Assembly: GCA_051313645.2 (NCBI GenBank)
Contig: JBNRSN020000003.1
Span: forward strand, 501,456,001-501,520,000
Length of the DNA stretch: 64,000 nucleotides
DNA from: Centroscyllium fabricii
Lineage: Eukaryota
Reading direction: 5' to 3'
Shown one piece after another: positions 35,124 to 46,440 of the stretch (the first letter of the stretch is position 1; every line of letters starts with the position of its first letter). Under the pieces are notes generated by a model that saw only the letters and a program-made list of their open reading frames with translations, ran no database searches and was not told the DNA's origin. Both the position numbers and the translations under genes were made by a program.

Positions 35124-38100
35124 CCAGCGGGGGGCCCCCACACACACACACACACTTCGGCTTCAGCCATCCCAAAAGTCGATCAGGCTAGGCCGCACAC
35201 CCTATCTAATTCAATGATGGCGATCAAAGTTAACGGCCATAACACTAACTGCCTGTCCGACACCGGAAGCACAGAGAGCTTTATTCACCCTGATACAGCG
35301 CGGCGCTACGGACTGCAGATCCTGCCCACGAGCTACGAAGTCTCCCTTGCTTCACAGTCCCACACCGCGGACGTCACCGGATACTGCTCCGTCACGCTCA
35401 CAGTTAAGGGCTGCATGTACCGCAACTTTAAGTTGTACATCCTCAGACAACTGTGCGCCCCAGCCTTACTGGGACTGGATTTCCAGTGCCACCTTAAGAG
35501 CGTGACAATGGAGTTCGGCGGGACCCTGCCCCCCCTCACCATCAGTAGCCGGGACAGTCCCTTCCCAAGCGGAGCCCGGCCTGCGGCCTCTCCACCCTGA
35601 AAATCGACACCCCCTCACTGTTCGCCAATCTCGACCCCAACTGCAAGCCCATTGCTACCAAGGGTCGGCGGTACAGTGTGGGGGATCGGACATTTATCAG
35701 GTCGGAGGTCGGGCGTATGCTGAAGGAGGGGATAATTGAAGCCAGCACCAGCCCCTGGCGGGCCCAGGTTGTAGTGGTGAAGACTGGCGAGAAACAGCGG
35801 CTGGTTATCGATTACAGCCAGACTATTAACCGCTACACCGGGCTCGATGCCTACCCCCTCCCCCGCATCTCGGACATGGTTAACCAGATCGCCCAATACA
35901 AGGTGTTCTCCACAATCGACCTTAAGTCGGCGTATCACCAACTCCCGATCCGGAAAGCCGACCGCCCGTACACCGCCTTTGAGGCGAACGGTCGGCTCTA
36001 CCACTTCCTCCGGGTCCCCTTCGGCGTGACCAACGGAGTGTCGGTATTCCAGCGGGAGATGGACCGCATGGTTGACCAGAACGGGTTGCAGGCCACCTTC
36101 CCCTACCTGGACAACGTGACCATCTGCGGCCATGACCAGCAGGACCACGATGCCAATCTGGCCAAATTCCTTGACACGGCGAAACGGCTTGATCTAACGT
36201 ATAACAAGGACAAGTGTGTCTTTAATACAGATCGGCTCGCCATCCTCGGATACGTGGTGGAGAACGGGGTCCTCGGCCCCGACCCACAGCGTATGCGCCC
36301 ATTACAGGAACTGCCCCTTCCGCACAACCCAAAAGCCCTGAGGAGATGTCTAGGATTTTTCTCCTATTACGCACAATGGGTTCCCCAGTTCGCGGATAAG
36401 GCTAGACCGCTCCTCAAGGCTGCCGCCTTCCCCCTCTCGGTAGAAGCCGAAACGGCATTCGCCCGGATAAAGGAAGACATTATCAAGGCGACCATGCACG
36501 CCGTTGATGAATCCATCCCGTTCCAGGTGGAGAGTGACGCTTCGGACTTTGCCCTTGCCGCCACCCTAAATCAGGCAGGCAGGCCCGTAGCGTTTTTCTC
36601 CCGCACCCTTCAGGGACCCGAAACTCACCACTCCGCAGTGGAAAAGGAGGCCCAGGCCATCGTGGAAGCCGTGCGCTATTGGCGTCATTACCTGGCTGGT
36701 AAGCGTTTTACCCTGCTCACCGACCAACGGTCGGTCGCGTTTATGTTTAATAATAAACAAAAGGGTAAAATCAAGAATGATAAGATCCTGCGGTGGCGGA
36801 TCAAGCTCTCGACTTACGAGTATGACATTCTTTACCGACCAGGCAAACTCAATGAACCCCCGGACGCACTGTCCAGGGGAAAGTGCGGCAGTGCCCAGCT
36901 AGACCGGCTGAAGGAACTCCACGACCGCCTCTGCCACCCGGGTGTCACCAGACTTGCCCACTTCGTTAGATCCCGTAGCCTCCCCTACTCCATCACGGAG
37001 ATCAAGGCTATGACCCGAGAGTGCCCTGTTTGCGCCGAGTGCAAACCTCAATTTTTCAGGCCAGACATGGCGCATCTCATTAAGGCCACCCGCCCCTTTG
37101 AATGTCTAAGCGTGGACTTCAAAGGCCCCCTCCTCACCACCAACCGCAACTCGTACTTCCTCACGGTCGTAGACGAGTTCTCCCGCTTCCCCTTTGCCTT
37201 CCCCTGCCCAGATATGACGAGCGCAATGGTGATCAAACACTTCACCACGCTGTTCGCCATTTTCGGTCTCCCCAGCTACATTCATAGCGACCAGGGGTCA
37301 TCGTTCATGAGCGATGAACTGCGCCAGTTTCTGCTCCAGAAAGGGGTTGCCTCGAGCAGAATGACCAGTTACAACCCCCGGGGGAACAGCCAGGTAGAAA
37401 GGGAAAATGGGATCATCTGGAAGGCGGTCACCCTGGCTCTGAAGTCCAGAGGCCTTCCAGTGTCCCATTGGCAGGCAGTTCTCCCAGACGCGCTGCACTC
37501 GATATGCTCTCTGCTGTGTACGGCCACCAACGCCACCCCTCATGATTTAATGTTTTCCTTCCCCAGGAAGTCGACTTCGGGGACTGCTCTTCCACCGTGG
37601 CTCATGACGCCGGGGCCGGTCTTCCTTAGGAAACACGTCCGCGGCCACAAGACCGACCCCCTGGTGGACAAGGTGCAGCTCCTGCACGCCAACCTGCAGT
37701 ACGCCTACGTGCAGTTCCCGGACGGGCGCGAGGACACCGTCTCCATCAGGGACCTAGCGCCCACCGGGAGCACCGTAGCAGAACCCCTGGCCGGGCAGCA
37801 GCCCGCCCAGCCACTATATTTCGGCCACCCACAGCACCTACATTGGCCGCCATCACCAGGTTATCCAGAGCCCCCGCTGTGGCCAGCTGAGGACCAAGAT
37901 TCGGATGGCTCAGACCAACCACCACCACCATCACCTAAAGTTTCGGCACCAGCGCCGCCGTCACCACCACCGGACCCAACGCCGCCGATGCTGCAGGGAA
38001 CGGATCACGCAGAACTTCTGCCAGAGCCCCGGCGGTCCTCCAGATAGACGCAACCGCCGGATAAACTGATAGTGAACTGCTCTGTCCATTCACACCGCCG

Positions 38101-38672
38101 GACTAAATTTTCAAAGAAGGGGTGAATGTGGTAACCGTATATATACTGTAATTACCACCGTAATATTGTTGCCAATATTATCAGTATGTATGGCGGTCGG
38201 GTGCATGATGTGTTGCGACACTGTCGTGGGGCCAGGTCAGCCACACCTCTAACTCCTCCCTCAGGTGAGGCCCTTATAGGTGGGGACTGACCGGGCCCCG
38301 TTCATTCTGTACCTGTTGTTCGTTCGGAGTATAGCTCCATTGTAAGTCAATAAAAGCCTCTATTTAAGGTCACTACTCTGACGTATCGTCAATTCTCTCA
38401 ATAAAGACTTAGACGAGTAGTTACCTTAACTACGGGCTTTTATTAACTAACTTTGGAGCTATACTCCGAACGAACATCCAGAACAGAATGAGGGAGCCCG
38501 GCCAGTCCTCACCTATAAAGGGCCTCACCTGGGGGAGGAGTTAGAGGTGTGGCTGACCTGGCTCCACACCAGTGTTGCAAACATGATAACAGAACAGCCA
38601 ATATTGGCGACAATATTGCAGTGGTAAAACTATGTATAATAACGGTTATCACATTCACCCCTTCTTGAAAAT

Positions 38673-41600
38673 TTAAGTCCAGCGGGGTGAATGTACAGAG
38701 CAGTTCATTATAAGTTTGTCCGGCAGTCGCGTCTGTCTGGAGGACCGCCGGGGCTCTGGCAGAAGTTCATTATGTTCCGTCCTGCTCGGGTCCGGTGGCG
38801 CTGGTGCCGAAACTTCGGACGCTGGTGGCCTCGGTTGATCTGAGCCATCGGAATGGTGGTCGTGGGCCGGCCACGGCTGGGGCTCTGGATACCTCGGAGG
38901 CCACTGTAGATGCAGGGGGTGTTCAAAATACCGTGGCTGGGCGGACTGCTGCCCGACCAGTGGCTCTGCTGTGGTGCACCCGGCGGGCGCTAGGTCCCAG
39001 ATGGAGACGGTGTCCTCGCGCCCATCCGGGAACTGTACGTAGGCGTATTGGGGATTTGCATGCAGGAGCTGCACCTTGTCCACCAGGGGGTCGGTCTTGT
39101 GGCCACGGACGTGCTTTCTAAGGAAGACCGGCCCCGGTGTCGTGAGCCATGGAGGAAGAGCTGTCCCCGAAGTCGACTTCCTGGGAAAGGAAAACATCAA
39201 GTCATGAGGGGTGGCGTTAGTGGCCGTACATAAAAGAGAGCGTATCGAATGCAGCGCGTCTGGGAGGACTGCCTGCCAATGGGCCACTGGAAGGCCTCTG
39301 GACTTCAGAGCCAGGATGACCGCCTTCCAGATGATCCCATTCTCCCTTTCTACCTGGCCGTTCCCCCGGGGGTTATAAGTGGTCGTTCTGCTCGAGGCAA
39401 CCCGTTTCTGGAGCAGAAACTGACGCAGTTCGTCGCTCATGAACGACGACCCCCGGTCGCTATGGATGTAGCTGGGGAGACCGAAAATGGTGAACAGCGT
39501 GGTGAGGTGTTTTATCACCGTTGCGCTCGTCATATCTGGGCAGGGGAAGGCGAAGGGGAAGCGGGAGAACTCATCTACGACCGTGAGGAAGTATGAGTTG
39601 TGGTCGGTGGTGGGGAGGGGGCCTTTGAAGTCCACGCTTAGACGTTCAAAGGGGCGGGTGGCCTTAATGAGGTGCGCCGTGTCTGGCCGGAAAAATTGGG
39701 GTTTGCACTCGGCGCAGACAGGGCACTCTCGGGTCATAGCCTTGATCTCCGTGATGGAGTAGGGGAGGCTATGGGATCTAACGAAGTGGGCGAGTCTGGT
39801 GACACCCGGGTGACAGAGGCGATCGTGGAGATCCTTCAGCCGGTCTAGCTGGGCACTGGCGCACGTTCCCCTGGACAGTGCGTCCGGGGGTTCATTGAGT
39901 TTACTTGGTCGGTAAAGAATGTCATACTCGTAAGTCGAGAGCTCGATCTGCCACCGCAGGATCTTATCATTCTTGATCTTACCCTTCTGTTTATTATTAA
40001 ACATAAACGCCACCGACCATTGGTCAGTGAGAAGGGTAAAACGCTTACCGGCCAGGTAATGACGCCAGTAGCGCACGGCCTCCACGATGGCCTGGGCCTC
40101 CTTTTCCACTGCAGAGTGGCGAATTTCGGGTCCCTGTAAGGTGCGGGAGAAAAACGCTACGGGCCTGCCTGCCTGATTCAGGGTGGCGGCAAGGGCAAAG
40201 TCCGAAGCGTCACTCTCCACCTGGAAAGGAATGGATTCATCAACGGCGTGCATGGTCGCCTTGATAATATCTTCCTTTATCCGGGCGAATGCCGTTTGGG
40301 CTTCTACCGAGAGGGGGAAGACGGCAGCCTTGAGGAGTGGTCTAGCCTTGTCCGCGAACTGTGGGACCCATTGTGCGTAATAGGAGAAAAATCCTAGGCA
40401 TCTCCTCAAGGCTTTGGGGTTGTGAGGTAGGGGCAGTTCTTGTAGGGGGCGCATACGCTGTGGGTCGGGGCCGAGGACCCCATTCTCCACCACATATTCG
40501 AGGATGGCGAGCCGGTCTGTATTAAAGACACATTTGTCCTTGTTATACGTAAGGTCCAGCTTTTCCGCCGTGTCAAGGAATTTGGCCAGATTGGCATCGT
40601 GGTCCTGCTGGTCATGGCCGCAGATGGTCACGTTGTCCAGGTAAGGGAAGGTGGCCCGCAACCCTTCTGGTCAACCATGCGGTCCATCTCCCGCTGGAAT
40701 ACCGACACTCCATTGGTCACGCCGAAGGGGACCCGGAGGAAGTGGTAGAGCCGACCGTTCGCCTCGAAGGCGGTGTACGGGCAGTCGGCTTTCCGGATCG
40801 GGAGTTGGTGATACGCCGACTTAAGGTCGATCGTGGAGAACACCTTATATTGGGCGATCTGGTGGACCATGTCCGAGATGTGGGGGAGTGGGTAGGCGTC
40901 GAGCCTGGTGTAGCGGTTAATAGTCTGGCTGTAGTCAATAACCAGCCGCTGTTTCTCGCCAGTCTTCACCACTACTACCTGGGCCTGCCAGGGGCTGGTG
41001 CTGGCTTCAATTATCCCCTCCTTCAGCATACGCCCGACCTCCGACCTGATAAACGTGCGATCCCCCACACTGTACTGCCGACTCTTAGTAGCAATAGGCT
41101 TGCAGTTGGGGTCGAGGTTGGCGAACAGTGAAGGGGGGTCGATTTTCAGGGTGGAGAGGCCGCAGGCCGGGCTCCGCTTTGGGAAGGGACTGTCCCGGCT
41201 ACTGACGGTGAGGGGGGGCAAGGTCCCGCCGAACTCCATTGTCACGCTCTTGAGGTGGCACTGGAAATCCAGACCTAGTAAGGCTGGGGCACACAACTGC
41301 TTGAGGGTGTACAACTTAAAGTTACGGTACACACAACCCTTGACTGTGAGCGTGACGGAGCAGTAGCCGGTGACGTCCGCGGTGTGGGACTGTGAAGCAA
41401 GGGAGACTTGGTAGCGCGTGGGCAGGATCTGCAGTCCGTAGCGCTGCGCTGTATCAGGGTGGATAAAGCTCTCTGTGCTTCCAGTGTCGAACAGGCAATT
41501 AGTAACATGGCCGTTAATTTTGATCGGCATGATCGAGTTCGATAGGTTGTGTGGCCTAGCCTGGTCAACTTTAGGTATGGCTGAGGCCGAAGTGTGCCTT

Positions 41601-42931
41601 TGTGTGTGGGGGCCCCTTGCTGGTTGGGGCTGTACACAAGATGGCGGCGCCCGTGGCTCGCACATGGCGGGGCGCTGGAGACAAGATGGCAGCGCCGAGG
41701 GGTCGCACATGGCGGGCCGCTGGAGACAAGGTGGAGGCGCCGAGGGGTCGCAAATGGTGGGCCGCTGGAGACAAGATGGCGGCGCCCGTGGTTCGCACGC
41801 GGCTGACCGCTGTGAGCACGCTGGTGGTGCCCGTGGTTCGCACGCAGCGGGCCGCGGTGGCTGGGTTGGCGGTGCCCGTGGTTCGCACGCAGTGAGCCGC
41901 GGTGGTTGGGTTGGCGGTGCCCGTGATTCGCACGCAGCGGGCCGCGCTGGGTGTGCTGCTGGCATTGGGGGGTCGCGCATGGCCGGCCGTGGCTGAGCTT
42001 GGCGTGCCGTGGGTGCAGCCGGCCTTTGCCGCATCAGGGTGGGAGATGGGGGCGCTTTCCTTCTACCCCCGGACCGTCGCTGGATCGCGCTGCTATTGCA
42101 GCTTACCTGAGGCCTGGCGGAGCTTTCACAGGCTGCGCTGTTGTACCTGGAGTTGGGCGCTGCTGGTGCTGATCTGCAGGCCTTCGCGTAGTGTCCCTTT
42201 TTGGAGCATCTCTCACAGGTCGCGGTCCTCGCTGGGCATCTCGCTCGTGGATGCAGTCCCTGACTGCAGAAGTAACACCGTTTGTCTGCCTTTGTGGCCA
42301 TCGCAGCCATCGTGGGGGTCTCGACCCGTTGTGGTGCTGCCCAGGCCTGGGCCCGTTGTGGCGTGGCCTACGCGTCATAGACCTGCGGGTTTGTGCCGCT
42401 GTACGCCTGCAGCTTGTTGCGTGCCCCTTCTACAGAGTTTGATATAGAGATCGCCTCCTCTAAGGTCAAAGAGTCTTTCTCAAGCAGCCGCTGGCGGGCT
42501 TCAACGCACCTCAGGCCTGTTACGTAGGCATCACGGACGAGGAGATTCGCCTCTTCCTCTGCTGTCCGTGCTTGGCAGCCACAGACCCGTACCAGGGCTT
42601 GGAGTGCTTGTTCAAATTGTTCATTTGTCTCACCCGGTAGTTGCGGTCTGGTCGCGAGCACATGTCTGGCGTAGACCGAGTGGACCGGGCGCTCGTAGCA
42701 TTTCCGCAGTTTCTCCACTGCCGCTGGGTATGTTTTGGCGTCTCGGATGAGGGAGAATACTCGGCTGGAGATCCTAGACTGGAGAACTTGCAGTTTGTTC
42801 CCGTCGGTTGTAGCCTTGGCGGCGTCCATATAGTCCTCCAGGAGACCGAACCAGTGTTCGAACGTAGTGGCGGCGGCTGGGTCCTGTGGACTGGTGTCCA
42901 GCTTCTCTGGCTTTACCGCACCGCTCTCCAT
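38673..42931 (-). pseudogene. gag-pol of element D
   Basis: ORFs 42368-42931 (TGG>TAG stop relative to C), 40628-42310 and 38673-40661 (frameshift near 40660); YLDN motif. Confidence 0.92.
41625..41985 (-). repeat. 45-bp coding tandem repeat in the D Gag-protease linker, about 8 units
   Basis: ACEPRAPP-type repeats in ORF 40628-42310. Confidence 0.85.
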
Positions 42932-42943
42932 TTCAAATTTTTC

Positions 42944-42956
42944 TTAGTTAATAAAA
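42944..42956 (-). promoter_or_regulatory. Self-complementary PBS-position sequence (element D)
   Basis: Sense TTTTATTAACTAA pairs with LTR sense TTAGTTAATAAAA (43017-43029). Confidence 0.8.
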
Positions 42957-45577
42957 TTGACGTATCGTCAATTCTCTCAATAAAGACTTAGACGAGTAGT
43001 TACCTTAACTACGGGCTTTTATTAACTAACTTTGGAGCTATACTCCGAACGAACATCCAGAACAGAATGAGGGAGCCCGGAGAGTCCTCACCTATAAAGG
43101 GCCTCACCTGGGGGAGGAGTTAGAGGTGTGGCTGACCTGGCTCCACGACAGTGTTGCAAACATGATAACAGAACAGCCAATATTGGCGACAATATTGCAG
43201 TGGTAAAACTATGTATAATAACGGTTACCACATACTCGTCTTTAGTTTAATTAAGATTATTGACGATACGTCACTTCTGCACACTGGAAAAGTGAGTATG
43301 AATTTCCCATCACCCTCAATCTGATCCCCATTGCCTTTCCTCACCAGCACTCAGCTTCAGCAATCTCTCCCTCCACATCCCACTTCACACTCACATCCAT
43401 GCACCCTTACCCATCCCCTCTCTCTCTATGCTCACATTCACATAACTATTACACCATGCAGCCCTCACACTCCCTATCACTCTGATGCTTTGAACACAAC
43501 TGACAACACACAGGGAGGGCCCTTGGTCTTGTCACCTCATTCCATCTTTGGCTCCTTCTAAGTATCGATGCTATGGAATCTCTACACTCACTCCTTCATT
43601 CTCACTCAACCTCCACTTGTCTCCCTCATTGCAGGAAAAGAGCGCTCACAATAAGTGAGAAAGAGTGAGGACAGGAGGAGGGCCACCCCCAGTAGCCCAC
43701 CTCGCCCTTTGGGAGGAGGCGGTCCTGGAGATTGCAGGAGTGGAGGAAGAAGCGCAAGTGGGGGAACGGACAGACGGGTGCATCGCAGCAAGCTGGTGAC
43801 AGATTAGTTCTTCATCTCTCTCATTGACATTGCATGAGTCGCTGATAATGATTCTGAAGTTCTAACAGATGGACTTATGATCATCTGCAATATGCAAGAT
43901 GCATGTAACCTTTGCATCACATCTCTGACTCTTCCCTTTACTCCCCCACAGGATCATCACAAGCAGCCATCCCCACTAGACAGGAGGACCAGCCTGAGCA
44001 TCCAGACTCCTCAGAGGAAGCTGCAACCTCTGAGGGTGCAGCATCAGCAGAATTCAGCGCACCCAGCACCAGCGCAGACACTCACACCTCGGGGGGACCT
44101 TCGGGACATAGAATAGTGTTGTCACCTGGTGTATCATCGCTCACAAGTGAGCATCAGCAGATGGTGGAGACATTGGCAGCAGTGAAGAGTCCTAGCTGGA
44201 GGGCCCAGGACTCTGCCAGCTCATCTCAGCTGCATGTCGACCCTCTGCCTCTGGGTCCATCCATAAGATCGGCAGTGCTGGAACTCCAGGAACAGATGCA
44301 GGAGTGGGTGGGTGAGCAGCAGCCTGGCGCTCCTGTTGCTGCTGCTGTTGTTCCTGGTTCTGCTGGTGCCGCGACTGGTGCGGGGGCTCATCTAATGCTC
44401 AGAAAGGAAGGAAATAAATGGCTTCCATGCTTCTGACATATGCCTCCGCTGAGGAAGCGCTGAGTGAATGTGCCAAGAGGGGTTTCTCAGGAGTTCACAC
44501 TGGAGATGTGTGTGAGGCTCCAACCTACCACAGGTGTGCTTAAGACTTCTAAAAGTTGCCCCAATCCTGAAACAAAAAGGTCCTGCCACCTGCATATGAT
44601 GGCTGATTCAATCTCATAATTTATGACTGACTTGCAGCTAAGAGTCAGCAAGCCGAATGTGTCCCCACCAGGTTTCACAGACGGTGTTTCCAGCTGCCGG
44701 GTTTTGTGTGGGAAAAGGCTGAAAATTGCAAGGGCCCCCTAAAATGGCATTATAGATGCCAATCAATGGTGATTAAGGTGCCTAAACACCATTCCCACCG
44801 GTCGTGGGCGGGACTGCAGCGGGCCGACCAGACACGGCAGGGGGAAAATCGCGATGTGTGGGGAATCCAGTGGGAGGAGTCTCGACCCTCCGTTTCTGCT
44901 ATTTTGTCTCCCCGGCCGCCGAAAAGCCCGCCTGATGGCTCAAGGAAAATTAAGGCCTATGTGTAACTGTTAAAATGCATTGTTGGAGTTCACATGATAA
45001 AATTCAGCATGCTCAGTGGAAATCAATGCAAAAAGACAAACTTTTCTTTGGGGGCCTTGACAGAAATCAAAAGAAACTGACCAGAACTCCAGTAAGGTAA
45101 TATCAGTCACTGGAAGCTTAAAGCACTGAAGGTTTAAGGGGCACAATTACTCCCACCCCACCCTCCACCATTCCAATAGCAATAATTAGATTGTTTCCAC
45201 AATGTTCAATCCCTCATTTCAAATCATCTGCTGTCTAGTTTGATATATATAAGAATGATATCAGAGAGGGTCCAGACCCTCGTCGACATGACCTAGCAAG
45301 TGAGGAAGTAAGATTGAAGAAACTGAAGAGAGCCTTCCAATCAGCAATCAGACAATGAAAATATTTAGGTAAATGAGATGGTTTCAACTATCTTTAGAGG
45401 AATCTGAACTAAATTATATATAAAAAGCTACAAAACCTTCCGAGCCTGTTGCAGCAGGCACTCACTCAAGTTGGCAGTCAAATACCAGTGTTGTCCATGC
45501 TACTTGTGTGCCCCAAAGCATTTTGGGTTTGCCACATTATGTTGTCTCACTTCATTATTCTTGACTGGATGCAACAA

Positions 45578-46440
45578 TAACTTGCAATTACATAGCACCT
45601 TCCACAAAGAAAATCTCCCAAGGCCCTTTATGTAGGAAGAATGGAGCGGACACCAAGCCTCTTGGCAAAGTTGAGCGAGGTGACTGAAGGCTTATTCGAA
45701 AAGATAGGTTTCAAGAAGCCATTAAAGGCAGGGAAAGGGGTAGAAAGGCAGAGGGCTTTAGGGATGGAGGTTCAGAGAGCAGGAAAAAGTTGGCTGACGG
45801 TTTTGTTGCCAATTGTGGGACAGAGGAAGGGAGGGATGTATAGAAGGACAGAGTCCGAGGACCAGTAGGCATGAAATGGGATGCAAGATTGGAGGAGTTT
45901 GCAGATTTAAGGTGGAATGAGGCCAAGGAGGGATTTGAAGATGAGCTTGAGAATTTTAAATCTGAATTACTGGGGAACAGGGAGCCAATGTAGGTAAGCG
46001 CGGAGGGGTGACCCAGGCTGAGCTTTCAATACCATATCCTCTCCAGCACAAAAACTGCCTATTTCCACCCCCATAACATTGCCCACCTCAGCCCCAATCT
46101 CAGCCCATCTATTGCTAAAACCCTCATGTGCCTTTGTCATCTCCAGATTCAACTATTCCAATTCTCTTCTGGTTGGCTTCTCATCCTCCACTGTCCATCA
46201 ACTTCAACTTATCCAAAATTCTTTTGCCCATATCTGATCCTGTGCCAAGTCCCGCTCACCCGTCACCCTATATTGTTTCCAAGACCCCAGTATAGCAAAT
46301 TTCAAATTCTCATCCCCATGTTTTAAATCACCTTCACTGTCTCACCCCTCTCTATCTCTGTAACTCCTCCAGCCAAACAGCCACACTAAAATATCTCTTC
46401 CTCTTATTCTGGCTACTTCTGCACCCTCCCCACCTGCACC
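45578..46440. mobile_element. Two old L2 LINE fragments in opposite orientation
   Basis: Minus strand 45578-46010 (LHWLPV and an L2 tail AACTTGCAATTACATAGCACCT); plus strand 46010-46440 with degraded L2 ORF2 C-terminal sequence. Confidence 0.6.

Larger units (their letters stand above)
33243..38047 (+). pseudogene. gag-pol of element C
   Basis: Gag, two CCHC knuckles, DTGS protease, YLDN RT, SDAS RNaseH, HHCC/DDE integrase; disrupted by the 33659-34278 insertion and a frameshift near 35570. Confidence 0.92.
38379..43232 (-). mobile_element. Gypsy element D (sister family of C), inserted antisense in the C 3' LTR
   Basis: 275-bp LTRs 42958-43232 (5') and 38379-38653 (3'), about 5 mismatches; TSD TACTC; PPT at 38654-38666. 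Confidence 0.95.
32931..43273 (+). mobile_element. Gypsy element C (YLDN lineage, no tRNA PBS)
   Basis: 5' LTR 32931-33218; 3' LTR 38127-38378 plus 43238-43273 (split by D); TSD CTTCT; PPT AAAGAAGGGGTGAA at 38113-38126. Confidence 0.95.
32710..43795 (+). pseudogene. Harbinger Myb/SANT-like DNA-binding protein remnant (spliced; exon 1 split by Gypsy C)
   Basis: RFDDVALQA...EVLFP...WIQVAEE...RTWIQCRKRIHDL (32710-32930), continuing HTGK then GT donor at 43292; acceptor TGCAG at 43634; exon 2 reads EKSAHNK*ERVRTGGGPP in phase. Confidence 0.75.
32431..44957 (+). mobile_element. PIF/Harbinger DNA transposon remnant hosting Gypsy C and D
   Basis: TIR GGTCTTGATCTTCC / GGAAAATTAAGGCC (11/14 match); TSD TAT; carries a Myb/SANT-like gene remnant. 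Confidence 0.75.

Noticed and set aside
32931-43273. Endogenous retrovirus or env gene; giant TIR transposon
   Set aside because: No env-like ORF lies between integrase and PPT in any element; the inverted symmetry is explained by D inserting into C, each with its own TSD.
45578-46440. Twin-priming inversion of one L2
   Set aside because: The two opposed fragments appear to overlap in L2 coordinates and no TSD is visible.
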